From Nitrospinales bacterium (GTDB lineage Bacteria; Nitrospinota; Nitrospinia; Nitrospinales; VA-1), in NCBI GenBank assembly GCA_965262115.1, contig OZ253496.1:320001-384000 (forward strand): a stretch of 64,000 nucleotides of DNA, read 5' to 3'. The notes beneath the pieces were generated by a model. That model saw nothing but the letters and a program-made list of their open reading frames with translations. It searched no databases and had not been told where the DNA came from. Positions 53,772 to 63,491 of the stretch are shown piece after piece (positions within the stretch are counted from its first letter, which is position 1; each line of letters begins with the position of its first letter). The position numbers and the translations under genes are program-made.

Positions 53772-53898
53772 TAGAAAAGTAAGCGGGCTAGCATTGGGCA
53801 AGAGTTCGTTCAGCCGAGACAAATGCTGCTAGCTAAACAGAGTCATTGCTAGCTGTACCCTTCAGGGCATGAAGTTTTTGAAAAAGGATATCACAGCC
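53712..53898 (+). repeat. modular repeat, copy 4 (E, C, D)
   Basis: CCAGCGTGACGCTGG; GGGCAAGAGTTCGTTCAGCCGAGA...AAACAGAGTCATTGCTA; TACCCTTCAGGGCATGAAGTTT...GATATCACAGCC. Confidence 0.82.
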
Positions 53899-53904
53899 TC
53901 GCGT

Positions 53905-55191
53905 CTATAAAGGTTTGTGGGTAAATTCGCGCGCACTGGCACCGGAATAATCGCCGACGATTTGACCGTTGCCACGAAGTTTATATTTATAGATCACCAA
54001 CCCTTCCAATCCAACCGGTCCCCGGGCATGTGTTCGATTCGTGCTGATGCCGATTTCGGCCCCGAGCCCATATCGAAATCCATCGGCAAAACGTGTTGAC
54101 GCGTTGCACATTACACTGGCCGAGCTGACCTCATCAAGAAACTGCTCGGCCCTTTCCCGGTCTTCTGTCAGGATCACGTCGGTATGCCCGGAACCATGCT
54201 TGTTGATGAACTTCACCGCTTCCGATAAACCATCCACAATTTTTATGGACAGTTTCAAGTCGTTATATTCGGTATCCCAATCCGACTCAGAGACCGGGGC
54301 GACCTCGGGAGCCACCTGACAGGTTTTCACACATCCCACCAATTCCACCTGTTTTTCCCTGAATTTCGCCACTAAATCAGGCAAAATCTTCCCGGAAATG
54401 TCCTTATGCACCAATAATGTCTCCATGGCGTTGCAAGCCGCAGGATATTGCAGCTTCGAATCCAGACAGACCCGCAGCGATTTATCCATATCTGCAAATT
54501 TATCAATATATCCGTGACACACTCCTTCGGAATGACCCAGAACCGGAATTCTTGTATTTTCCTGAATATATTTCACAAAAGCGTTGCTGCCTCGGGGAAC
54601 GATTAAATGAATGTACTTATCTTCCTTGAGCAGGTCCGCCACTTCCGAACGCGTCTCAATCATCTGCACCGCCAATGTAGGAACACCGGGCACTTTACCC
54701 ATCGCTTGGACCAAAAGTTTAACGATGATCTTATTAGAATCCTGCGCTTCTGTTCCCCCCTTCAAGATGACCGCGTTGCCCGATTTCAGGCACAATGAGG
54801 AAATTTGCGGCACGGCATCAGGCCGGGACTCAAAAATCGCCCCGATCACGCCGATCGGACAAGTCACTCGCTCAACCACCAGGTCTTTATCCATCTCCAT
54901 AACACTGTTGACCTGGCCTACCGGATCGGGCAATGCCACCACACTGCGAATACCCTTAGCCATTCCGCGAACTTTTTCCTCATTCAAATCCAATCGGGCG
55001 ATCAAAGCATTGGCGATTCCCTCTTTTTTCGCAAAGGCCAGATCTTTTTCGTTTTCCACCAAAATGGCAGCGCAATGCTCTTCCAAGGCATCAGCCATCC
55101 ATGACAATGCCTGATTCTTTAAGTCGGTGGAAAGATGCGCCAGAACCAATGCCGAAGCGTTGGCATTTTTCGCTATTTCAGTAATATTCAT
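53905..55191 (-). CDS. proA: gamma-glutamyl phosphate reductase
   Basis: PIGVIGAIFESRP, KSGNAVILKGG, ACNAMETLL, NASTRFADG, HARGPVGL. Confidence 0.97.
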   Translation of the reverse strand: MNITEIAKNANASALVLAHLSTDLKNQALSWMADALEEHCAAILVENEKDLAFAKKEGIANALIARLDLNEEKVRGMAKGIRSVVALPDPVGQVNSVMEMDKDLVVERVTCPIGVIGAIFESRPDAVPQISSLCLKSGNAVILKGGTEAQDSNKIIVKLLVQAMGKVPGVPTLAVQMIETRSEVADLLKEDKYIHLIVPRGSNAFVKYIQENTRIPVLGHSEGVCHGYIDKFADMDKSLRVCLDSKLQYPAACNAMETLLVHKDISGKILPDLVAKFREKQVELVGCVKTCQVAPEVAPVSESDWDTEYNDLKLSIKIVDGLSEAVKFINKHGSGHTDVILTEDRERAEQFLDEVSSASVMCNASTRFADGFRYGLGAEIGISTNRTHARGPVGLEGLVIYKYKLRGNGQIVGDYSGASAREFTHKPL

Positions 55192-55282
55192 GTGGGATCA
55201 AAAACCTCTTTCAATAACAAAACAGGATTATAACACCCCTGCCATTTAATTTTACGACTTCACCAGGGCAAAAGCCCCTCAA

Positions 55283-55485
55283 TCGACCCCACGCCCAGTG
55301 CCCACTCCCGTGGGAGGGAACTGGGCAAGGACTCGTTGAGCCGAGATAACTCATTGCTAGCCAAATAGAGTTATTGCCAGTCTACCCCTCCGGGGCATGA
55401 AGCTAATGATGGTGATATCATAGCCCCCACGCCTTCGGCGGTCGTGTTAACGTCACCGCCGCGTTGCCACCGGCGGCTACGCCGG
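55283..55485 (+). repeat. modular intergenic repeat, copy 5 (A, B, C, D plus small hairpins)
   Basis: TCGACCCCACGCCCAGTG, TGCCCACTCCCGTGGG, GGGCAAGGACTCGTTGAGCCGAGA, TACCCCTCCGGGGCATGA. Confidence 0.85.
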
Positions 55486-56280
55486 TCAGCGGTAGATAAT
55501 CTGTAGTTTTCCTTTGCGGTTGGCCTTGAAGGCCGCCATCATCGTGGCCTCCCCTAAAGGATTCTTAATTAGATCCAGAACTTTTAGCTGAGGAAAGTGC
55601 TGCGACTCAATCAAGGCAACAGCCCCCTGATCGGTGATATTATTTTGTCCCATATATAACGATTCCAGTTTCTGAAACTTCTCGGAACTGGCAAAAGCCA
55701 GCGCCCCGCCATCACCGATTTCATTGCGGAATAAATTCAACGTCGTTAACTGCCCAAACACTGTGGCCGAGGCCAGCATTTCAGCACCCACCGGGGTGAT
55801 CAAATTATCGTTCAACATGAGGGTTTTGAGATGGGCGAAATTACCGGAAGCCACCATCAACTCGATACTGTCATCACTGATTTCGTTTTTCCAAAGCTTT
55901 AAGGATTCCAATTGCCCCAGATAAGGCGACTCCGAAATGGCTTTCAGTCCCAAATCACCCAGCAGATTGCCCCAGAGATCGAGATGTTTCAATCCAGCCA
56001 GATGCGGAGACTTCGCCAAGGCCTCCATACCCCGGGCTTTAATATTGTTGCCCTGCAGGAAAAGAGTGGTGATCCCTTTGAGGGATTCCATCCCCGCCAG
56101 TTGTCTCGCCTCCGACGTGCCAATATGCAATCCGCTGAGGTCGAGAGTCTTGCCATCGTGGCTGGTGCGTTTGGCAACCAAAACGGAAATATCCGCCCCC
56201 CACCCCCATGTGGGGGATGACAGAAGGAAAAGCAACAGGAAAATTATGTTGGCAGGAAATTTCAATCGAAACGCTGACAT
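55486..56280 (-). CDS. secreted leucine-rich repeat protein
   Basis: Signal peptide; 27-aa LxxLxLxxNxIxxxG repeats. Confidence 0.88.
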   Translation of the reverse strand: MSAFRLKFPANIIFLLLFLLSSPTWGWGADISVLVAKRTSHDGKTLDLSGLHIGTSEARQLAGMESLKGITTLFLQGNNIKARGMEALAKSPHLAGLKHLDLWGNLLGDLGLKAISESPYLGQLESLKLWKNEISDDSIELMVASGNFAHLKTLMLNDNLITPVGAEMLASATVFGQLTTLNLFRNEIGDGGALAFASSEKFQKLESLYMGQNNITDQGAVALIESQHFPQLKVLDLIKNPLGEATMMAAFKANRKGKLQIIYR

Positions 56281-56324
56281 GAAATCAGGTTAACAAATAG
56301 TTGAAGATGGTGTAAATAATTTTT
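56280..56324. repeat. 45-bp direct repeat, left copy
   Basis: 40/45 identical to 57814-57858 by manual alignment. Confidence 0.85.
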
Positions 56325-56374
56325 GCACCGGCTTTGAGGGTGCCGGAGAAAGAATCGGCTTGAGGACCTTTTCT

Positions 56375-56421
56375 ATATTCCCTCCCTTCATAGGGAGGGA
56401 TTCAGGGAGGGTTGGATTAAA
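56375..56421 (+). repeat. palindromic REP-like element P1
   Basis: TCCCTCCCTTCATAGGGAGGGA hairpin plus tail; 41/47 identical to 57752-57798. Confidence 0.85.
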
Positions 56422-56474
56422 AAAGGGGAGGCAACTTCGAACAAGTGACAGAAAGCTTATTTAAAATTCTTCCC

Positions 56475-57317
56475 TCAAAGCTCTATCATGTCTGCCACCT
56501 GATAGCCTAAGTTAGAAACTTCAAAGACTTCTCCTTTGTGACCTCGTTCAACTAAAAGCTCCTCTGACAAGAGTTCATTAATCGCCGCCTCCCATTTGGC
56601 TAATTCTCGGCGCCCGTTAGACTCTATTAAATTTTTACCATTGGTTGAAATAGAACTTCCTCCCAAGTGTCTAATATATAAAACATGGCCACTCGGGTCT
56701 AAACTAGCTTCCTTTAAAAGGACCCGAGCCTCATTAGACAGGGAAGGCAAAATAGTATTGGACTCAACAACTTCACTATTCTCTACTTTTTCTGTCCCCA
56801 TAGAAAACAGCTCATGGTCATTTATTTTTATTTGAAGCTGACGATATAGTTTTTCCTTAAAATCCGAGTAATTATCATACCCCTGATAAAGTCCCCGGTT
56901 TTGACATGAGCTTTTGAATTGCTTTAGCTCCTCATATTTCTTCATATCAACGCTTTCCAAAACTACAGGTTGACTTGAAAAATAGAGCATCGCAGGTTTT
57001 CCCGAGGCTATATGTCTTTCAATTTCTTCGACACTTCCACTTACATGGGAATCTGTGGGAGTCCCTACCCGTGTCCAAAAAACTCCTATGAGCAAATCAC
57101 ACTTATCAAGAAGTTGATTGTTAATTATTGTTTGTGGACTTGCTCCCATTTCTGGTGATGAATGAGACTCCCAACCAACCGGAAGCAAAACTGTATCCTT
57201 TGATTTTGAATGGACTGCATTCCACTCATAGATCACATCTTTTATAATTGAGCGCTCAGAAGCAACATCGCCAGGAGAGGCGATCATCACATTAAATACC
57301 TCGGCAGAATAGCTCAT
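56475..57317 (-). CDS. DUF4062 (TIR/NDT-like) domain protein
   Basis: VMIASPGDVASER, PVGWE, CDLLIGVFWTRVGTPT, SGSVEEIE, GKPAMLYFS. Confidence 0.85.
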   Translation of the reverse strand: MSYSAEVFNVMIASPGDVASERSIIKDVIYEWNAVHSKSKDTVLLPVGWESHSSPEMGASPQTIINNQLLDKCDLLIGVFWTRVGTPTDSHVSGSVEEIERHIASGKPAMLYFSSQPVVLESVDMKKYEELKQFKSSCQNRGLYQGYDNYSDFKEKLYRQLQIKINDHELFSMGTEKVENSEVVESNTILPSLSNEARVLLKEASLDPSGHVLYIRHLGGSSISTNGKNLIESNGRRELAKWEAAINELLSEELLVERGHKGEVFEVSNLGYQVADMIEL

Positions 57318-57344
57318 CTAATTATTTCATCCTCTAAAAAAAAG

Positions 57345-57381
57345 CCAACCCTCCCCCAGCCCCTCCCTATGAAGGGAGGGG
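57345..57381 (-). repeat. palindromic REP-like element P2 (inverted copy)
   Basis: rc CCCCTCCCTTCATAGGGAGGGGCTGGGGGAGGGTTGG; contains the DUF559 stop codon. Confidence 0.85.
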
Positions 57382-57753
57382 AGGCAGATGTTTTAAAATC
57401 CTTTCGTAAACTCCATTCAGGTTTTCATAAACATCCTGGTTGGTAAAACGCAGAAACCGTATTCCCATATTTTCGATAACCTTCTGTCGGACCTGGTCCG
57501 ATTGTGCAGCCTCTTCGCTAAAATGAGAATCCCCATCGATTTCAATCGCGAGTTTTGCCGATGGGCAATAAAAATCCAGAATGTATCGATCAACACTGTG
57601 TTGCCGCCGAAACTTGTGTCCATTTGCCTGCCTGTTTCGCAAAAACTGCCACAAAGCCACTTCCGCTGGGGGCATTTCTTTGCGCAAGGACTTTCTCCTG
57701 GTTTTTTCTGTATTTTTATTAAAAATTTTTACCATTGTTTTTTTGTTTTTCAT
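57367..57753 (-). CDS. DUF559 (Vsr-like) endonuclease
   Basis: LRKEMPPAEVALWQFLR, KFRRQH, LDFYC, AIEIDGDSH, FLRFTN. Confidence 0.92.
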   Translation of the reverse strand: MKNKKTMVKIFNKNTEKTRRKSLRKEMPPAEVALWQFLRNRQANGHKFRRQHSVDRYILDFYCPSAKLAIEIDGDSHFSEEAAQSDQVRQKVIENMGIRFLRFTNQDVYENLNGVYERILKHLPPLPS

Positions 57754-57798
57754 ATCCCCTCCCTTCATATGGAGGGGTTTGGGGAGGGCTGGATTAAA
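57752..57798 (+). repeat. palindromic REP-like element P3
   Basis: Copy of P1; its minus strand supplies GGAGGGG just before the DUF559 ATG. Confidence 0.85.
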
Positions 57799-57813
57799 GT
57801 TGGCATCCGAACC

Positions 57814-57858
57814 TGAAACCAGATTAATAAATAGTGCAAGATGGTGTAAATAATTTTT
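57814..57858. repeat. 45-bp direct repeat, right copy
   Basis: Shares the exact 21-mer AAGATGGTGTAAATAATTTTT with the left copy. Confidence 0.85.
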
Positions 57859-57897
57859 ATGCCTGCTTTATGGCAATATTTTTCTTGATAAATTCCA

Positions 57898-58191
57898 TTA
57901 GAATATTTTTGTCCTTAATTTTGGTTTAGGGATCTGTACATCCAGAGAAGTGTCAGACCAACTACAATCATCTGCCTGTTCTTCCAACTTTTGATGCAGT
58001 TCGAGGACACTCACTCCATTTGATTCATATTCTTTTAATTTTTCCTTGGATATTGTAAGAAAGCTGGTCTCCGTTTTTTCTACAGGCAAATGCAGATTCC
58101 CATCCTTATCAAATTCTCCATAGGACTCACACCTACTGATCAATTGTTTAAGGGTCTTTACGCTTCTTGTAATGTTCTTTTTTGAAATCAT
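57898..58191 (-). CDS. hypothetical protein
   Basis: 97-aa ORF with an AGAGGA RBS. Confidence 0.6.
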   Translation of the reverse strand: MISKKNITRSVKTLKQLISRCESYGEFDKDGNLHLPVEKTETSFLTISKEKLKEYESNGVSVLELHQKLEEQADDCSWSDTSLDVQIPKPKLRTKIF

Positions 58192-58255
58192 AAAATATGA
58201 TCCTCTTGAAATCTCATCATCAAAATTTTCTAAGGGGGGTTATCTATATCTGACG

Positions 58256-58939
58256 TCAGGTTATTAAATATTTAAAAATAGTATAAATGATTTTTGTGCC
58301 GGCCTTGATCGTGCCTGAAAAGGTGCCGGTGATCTTGGAAACCCCGATCCGCTCCCGATATTTCACCGGAACCTCCAGGATACGCAGTCCTTTTTTAACG
58401 GCCTTAATCTGCATCTCCACTGTCCAGCCAAAGTTGGTATCCTGCATGGCAATAGACTTTAACGAGTCGTAGCGAATGGCGCGGAACGGTCCCAGGTCGG
58501 TATAGCTGTGATGGAAAAACAAGTGCATTAAAAACACGGCCAATTGATTGCCATACCGCGATTGCGGTAACAATGCTGAACGGCTTTCGGGAAGCATCAT
58601 CCGGCTACCCAGAACAAAATCCATCTCTCCTGATTCTATCGGCTGAACCAGTTTCACAATCTCTTCCGGGTAGTCGCTGAAATCCCCATCCAAAAACACC
58701 ACGATATCCGGGTTATCCAGTTCAGCAATTCCCTTCAAGCAGGCAGAACCATAGCCTGTTCTTTTTTCCCCAACCACCCGTGCGCCTTTTTCACTTGCAG
58801 ACCGGGCAGTGTTATCGGTCGAGTTGTTATCAACAACGATGATTTCATGAATCTGATCCGGTGGTAGGGCGTCCAGAACTAGTCCGATGGATTGCTCTTC
58901 ATTAAAAACGGGAATGATGACAGAAATGCGGGAAGGCAT
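58256..58939 (-). CDS. glycosyltransferase family 2
   Basis: VIIPVFNEE, VDNNSTD, GYGSAC, LDGDFSD, TDLGPFRA. Confidence 0.92.
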   Translation of the reverse strand: MPSRISVIIPVFNEEQSIGLVLDALPPDQIHEIIVVDNNSTDNTARSASEKGARVVGEKRTGYGSACLKGIAELDNPDIVVFLDGDFSDYPEEIVKLVQPIESGEMDFVLGSRMMLPESRSALLPQSRYGNQLAVFLMHLFFHHSYTDLGPFRAIRYDSLKSIAMQDTNFGWTVEMQIKAVKKGLRILEVPVKYRERIGVSKITGTFSGTIKAGTKIIYTIFKYLIT

Positions 58940-58957
58940 GGAGGCAACTCCTCCAGA

Positions 58958-59755
58958 TCAGGAACTGTTATTGAGGGCTGTTTTAATGCCGGATATAAAT
59001 TCAGAGATGCTTTTATCACGCGCGATTGGATCGGAATGAGATTCAATCAACTTGACGATGGCGCTACCTATGATGACTCCATCCGAGCATTGCCCGGCTT
59101 CTTTAGCCTGTTCCGGGCCGGAGATGCCAAACCCGACCAGCACCGGAAGTTTCACCTTACTTTTAATGGCAATGACTTTCTCTTCCAGGTTTTTAGAAAG
59201 CGCCTCTTTCGTTCCTGTTGTTCCGGTCAGAGAAACATAATAGATGAAGCCTTTACTCACCTTCCCGATCTGCTGAATCCGATCCGGGGTACTGGTGGGC
59301 GCTAAAAGAAATATCGTATCGAGTTCTTTTTCATTCGCGATCGCCAGGAACTCCCCCGCCTCTTCCGGAGGAAGATCGGGCAGGATCACCCCATCCACTC
59401 CCGTATTGACCGCATCCTCGACAAACGCTTTCTGGCCATAAACAAAAACAGGATTGAAACTGCTCATCAGAACAATCGGTAACTCAGACTGCCTCCTGAT
59501 ATCTCTCACCAGCTCGATAATTTTTTTCAGGCTGGTGCCATTTTGCAGGGAACGATGTGAAGAAGCTTGAATGACTGGACCATCGGCAAGTGGATCGGAA
59601 AACGGGACACCGATCTCAATGATATCAGCACCACTTTTCTCAATCACAGAAAAAATTTCTTTTGACGCGGACAGATCGGGGTCACCGGCAGTAAAAAAAG
59701 CCACCAGGGCCTTATTGCCATTTAAACTTTTGAATCGGCCCTCTATCCGGCTCAC
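58958..59755 (-). CDS. trpA: tryptophan synthase alpha
   Basis: [33 protein letters not shown] overlaps the trpB stop. Confidence 0.97.
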   Translation of the reverse strand: MSRIEGRFKSLNGNKALVAFFTAGDPDLSASKEIFSVIEKSGADIIEIGVPFSDPLADGPVIQASSHRSLQNGTSLKKIIELVRDIRRQSELPIVLMSSFNPVFVYGQKAFVEDAVNTGVDGVILPDLPPEEAGEFLAIANEKELDTIFLLAPTSTPDRIQQIGKVSKGFIYYVSLTGTTGTKEALSKNLEEKVIAIKSKVKLPVLVGFGISGPEQAKEAGQCSDGVIIGSAIVKLIESHSDPIARDKSISEFISGIKTALNNSS

Positions 59756-60951
59756 AACGAAACTCCCATCATATCCGCCACTTGGTTCACGTCTTTGTCG
59801 CCCCGGCCAGAGAGGCAAACCAGAATAACTTCATCCTTTTTCATGGTTGGTGCCATCTTCATCACATGAGCGATGGCGTGGGCCGATTCAAGAGCCGGAA
59901 TAATGCCTTCCAATTGAGAAAGCATTTTAAAACCTCCTATCGCCTCCTCATCGGTGATGGTTATATATTGCGCTCGGCCCGATTCCCTAAGATAACTATG
60001 CTCGCAACCCACACCCGGATAATCCAATCCCGCCGAAATCGAATGCGCCTCAGTCACTTGCCCGTCCTCATCATGCAGGAGATAACTCATCATGCCATGC
60101 AGAACACCTGCTGATCCCTTGGTGAGGGAAGCGCCATGCTTATCCGTGTCCAGTCCCAACCCGGCAGCTTCAACACCGACCAAACCGACTTCCTTATTTT
60201 CCAGGAATGGATAAAACAGTCCCATCGAGTTACTGCCGCCACCCACACAGGCCACACAGGTGTCGGGCAGTCGGCCTTCCATTTCCATGATTTGGCTAGT
60301 AGCTTCTTCGCCAATTACTTTTTGAAAATCCCGGACTATCATCGGATAAGGATGCGGACCGACCACCGAACCAATAATATAATGAGTACTCTCAACGGTG
60401 GTGATCCAGTTGCGGATGGCTTCGCTGGTGGCATCCTTGAGTGTTCGTGTTCCTCCTGTTACCGGAATGACCGTCGCACCTAAAAGCCGCATGCGAAAAA
60501 CATTGAGCGCCTGCCTTCGCATATCTTCCTCACCCATGAACACATCGCATTCCAGACCAAATAAAGAAGCGGCGGTGGCCGTTGCCACGCCATGTTGCCC
60601 GGCTCCTGTTTCGGCGATCACCCGTTTTTTACCCATCCTTTGGGCCAACAAAGCGCTACCAATGGTGTTGTTGATTTTATGCGCGCCGGTATGAGTCAGG
60701 TCTTCCCGTTTTAAATAAATTTTCGCGCCGCCCAAATGTTCTGTAAGGCGCTCAGCAAAATAAAGTGAGGTGGGACGGCCAACATAATGTTTCAGGTAAT
60801 AGTCGAGATCCTTTTTAAATTGCGGATCGTTTTGGGCTTCCTCGTAAACCCGTTCCAACTCTTTCAGGGCTGGCATCAGGGTTTCAATGACATACTTACC
60901 CCCAAATTTTCCAAAATGCCCACTAGCATCGGGCAGCTTATGCGGCTTCAT
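59752..60951 (-). CDS. trpB: tryptophan synthase beta
   Basis: [38 protein letters not shown]. Confidence 0.98.
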   Translation of the reverse strand: MKPHKLPDASGHFGKFGGKYVIETLMPALKELERVYEEAQNDPQFKKDLDYYLKHYVGRPTSLYFAERLTEHLGGAKIYLKREDLTHTGAHKINNTIGSALLAQRMGKKRVIAETGAGQHGVATATAASLFGLECDVFMGEEDMRRQALNVFRMRLLGATVIPVTGGTRTLKDATSEAIRNWITTVESTHYIIGSVVGPHPYPMIVRDFQKVIGEEATSQIMEMEGRLPDTCVACVGGGSNSMGLFYPFLENKEVGLVGVEAAGLGLDTDKHGASLTKGSAGVLHGMMSYLLHDEDGQVTEAHSISAGLDYPGVGCEHSYLRESGRAQYITITDEEAIGGFKMLSQLEGIIPALESAHAIAHVMKMAPTMKKDEVILVCLSGRGDKDVNQVADMMGVSL

Positions 60952-61580
60952 GATTTACTCCCTGATCTAATATTTGCCAGAAACACGCTAACCTTTTCAG
61001 GATCCTTGATTCCCGGAGATTTTTCCACACCCGAACACACATCCACCCCATAAGGGCGAACCCGACTGACCGCCTGCCGAATATTACGCGGTGTCAATCC
61101 CCCTGCAAGGATAACTGGCCCGATTTTTTTTGCAGGAAGAGCCAGGTTCCAGTCAAAAGTTTTGCCCGTACCCCCACGCAGGTCTTCACAAAACGTGTCC
61201 AGGAGAAACCCGGTCACTTGATATTTTTCCATCTGCCTGATCGATTGGAGGTCTGTAACCCGAAACGCCTTGATCACACGCCGGTGAATTTTTCGGCAAA
61301 ACGCCGGAGACTCTTCCCCATGCAATTGCACCAAGTCCAACCCGCAATAACCGGCGATTTTGTTCACTCGGTCGGCGGATTCATTGACGAAAACCCCCAC
61401 CGTATCGACAAAAGGCGGCAGTTCTAAAATAATTTCACGAACTACCTTCATCGTAACCGACCGCGGACTCTTTTTATAGAAAATAAAGCCGACCGCATCA
61501 GCACCCTGTTCGACGGCGAACAGCGCATCCTTCACTTGCGTCATACCGCAGACTTTAACTTTTACTTGTGGATTCGCCAT
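60948..61580 (-). CDS. trpF: phosphoribosylanthranilate isomerase
   Basis: [23 protein letters not shown]. Confidence 0.96.
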   Translation of the reverse strand: MANPQVKVKVCGMTQVKDALFAVEQGADAVGFIFYKKSPRSVTMKVVREIILELPPFVDTVGVFVNESADRVNKIAGYCGLDLVQLHGEESPAFCRKIHRRVIKAFRVTDLQSIRQMEKYQVTGFLLDTFCEDLRGGTGKTFDWNLALPAKKIGPVILAGGLTPRNIRQAVSRVRPYGVDVCSGVEKSPGIKDPEKVSVFLANIRSGSKS

Positions 61581-62370
61581 TGCCTAAAAGTTCTTTCAGT
61601 TTTTCAGGGATATCTTTTGAAGTCATCAGACTTTCGCCGATCAAAAAAGCATGCGCCCCTATTTTTTCAAATTCTTCTATCTCTTCCCTGCCATGAATTC
61701 CGCTCTCACAAACCAGAGTACTACCCGGTTCCTGCAATGCCATAGGGATCAGGCGTCGGGCAATGTTCAAATCGGTTTTGCTATTCGTGAGATCACGGTT
61801 ATTGATACCAATCAAACTCGCCTTGGCCTCGAAGGCTTTTTCCATATCATATTCGTTATGAGTTTCCACCAATGCGGGAAGTCCCAATTCATTGCCTAAA
61901 TGGAGCAGGTCGGTCAATTGGTCTTGCTCCAACCAAGTGGCGATCAACAGAAACAAGTCGGCTCCATGCGCTCTGGATTCATAAACCTGATACTCATCGT
62001 AAATAAAATCTTTGCGCAACAATGGAATCGGGGCGATAGGCCTCACTTCCTTCAGGACACCAATATGACTGCCAAAATACTTAGTTTCGGTCAGGATAGA
62101 AAGTGTGGCCGCGCCGTTTCTGGCATAGTCCCCGGCGATTTCACCAGCGTTAAAATTTTCTCTTAGCTCACCTTTAAACGGTGTACGCCGTTTGATCTCC
62201 GCGATAATTTTTGAATTTTTTCCCTCGTTCAGCGCCTTATAAACATCCCGGACGGGAGCCTGATCTCCCATGCGTATTCTAAGTTCGGCCAATGGCAATT
62301 CGCGTTTAGTGCTTGCCAGTTCCTTTTTTTTATCCGCAAAAATCTTATCAAGTATGTTCGACATTTTCAA
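61555..62370 (-). CDS. trpC: indole-3-glycerol phosphate synthase
   Basis: IAEIKR, LRKDF, GINNRDL, ESGI, LIGESLM. Confidence 0.96.
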   Translation of the reverse strand: MKMSNILDKIFADKKKELASTKRELPLAELRIRMGDQAPVRDVYKALNEGKNSKIIAEIKRRTPFKGELRENFNAGEIAGDYARNGAATLSILTETKYFGSHIGVLKEVRPIAPIPLLRKDFIYDEYQVYESRAHGADLFLLIATWLEQDQLTDLLHLGNELGLPALVETHNEYDMEKAFEAKASLIGINNRDLTNSKTDLNIARRLIPMALQEPGSTLVCESGIHGREEIEEFEKIGAHAFLIGESLMTSKDIPEKLKELLGNGESTSKS

Positions 62371-62459
62371 AATGGGTGCGTTTGATCAGCATGAAACTGA
62401 AGAAATTTTAGAAAAATCATCGTTAAAATTATGGGAGAATTTTTCTAACTTTCGAAAAA

Positions 62460-63491
62460 CTATGATTTCTCAACTGTTCCAGAGTGCGTGATTCTGCACA
62501 AATCTTCCAGTTTTTCCCGCGCTTTACCCGATTCGATAGAATCAACAGCTGATTGGATGCCCCGTTCGAGAGAGTCCGCTTTCCCGGCCACATAAATAGC
62601 TGCGGCAGAGTTTAACAAAACGATATCCCGCCTCGGCCCTTTTTCTCCATTCAGGATATTCTCAATCATTGCGGCGCTTTCCTCGGGAGTTCCCCCTTTA
62701 AGATTATCGGAAGCGCAAAAATTAAAACCGAGTTTCTCAGGGTCAAGGCTATAACTCGATACCTTTCTATTTTTCAATTCTGCGACCTGGCTTTTGCCTG
62801 TCAGGGTGATTTCGTCGAGGCCATCGGAACCATGAACCACCAGTGCGTGCCTGCAACCCAAACCGCGCAGAACTTCTGCCAGAGGCTCAACCCATTGTTC
62901 ATCAAAAACACCCAGCACCTGGGCCTCGGCGTTGGCCGGATTGGTCAAAGGCCCCAACACATTAAAAATGGTGCGAAAGCCCAGTTTTTTCCGGACCCCG
63001 GCGGCATATTCCATGGCTTTATGCATCAAAGGAGCAAACAGAAAACCGATACCCGCCTCTTCCACACAACGTTTCACAGTCGGCAGGCTGGCATCTAGAT
63101 TCACCCCCAAACAATTTAAGACATCGGCGCTACCAGATCGACTGGATACAGCCCGGTTGCCATGTTTCGCTATATTCACTCCCGCCCCCGCCGCAACCAA
63201 AGCACTGGCGGTGGATATATTGAAAGTGTCTGCACCGTCCCCACCCGTTCCACAAGTATCTACCAGAGGAGTCACTTTGATATCGAGCTTCTCTGCTTTT
63301 GCCCGCATTACCCGGGCCGCACCGACAATTTCCGAGACGGTTTCACCTTTCGTATGCAGCGCTGTCAGAAACGTGGCCAGTTGAGGGTCGGTCACTTCTC
63401 CTTGCATGATTGCAGTCATGCAGGAAACCATTTCATCCTCCGTCAGATCGTTGCCACCAGCAAGCGAATCCAAGGCCGTCTGGAAGGTCAT
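62460..63491 (-). CDS. trpD: anthranilate phosphoribosyltransferase
   Basis: DTCGTGGDG, KHGNR, GSAD, RTIFNVLGP, DGLDE. Confidence 0.97.
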   Translation of the reverse strand: MTFQTALDSLAGGNDLTEDEMVSCMTAIMQGEVTDPQLATFLTALHTKGETVSEIVGAARVMRAKAEKLDIKVTPLVDTCGTGGDGADTFNISTASALVAAGAGVNIAKHGNRAVSSRSGSADVLNCLGVNLDASLPTVKRCVEEAGIGFLFAPLMHKAMEYAAGVRKKLGFRTIFNVLGPLTNPANAEAQVLGVFDEQWVEPLAEVLRGLGCRHALVVHGSDGLDEITLTGKSQVAELKNRKVSSYSLDPEKLGFNFCASDNLKGGTPEESAAMIENILNGEKGPRRDIVLLNSAAAIYVAGKADSLERGIQSAVDSIESGKAREKLEDLCRITHSGTVEKS

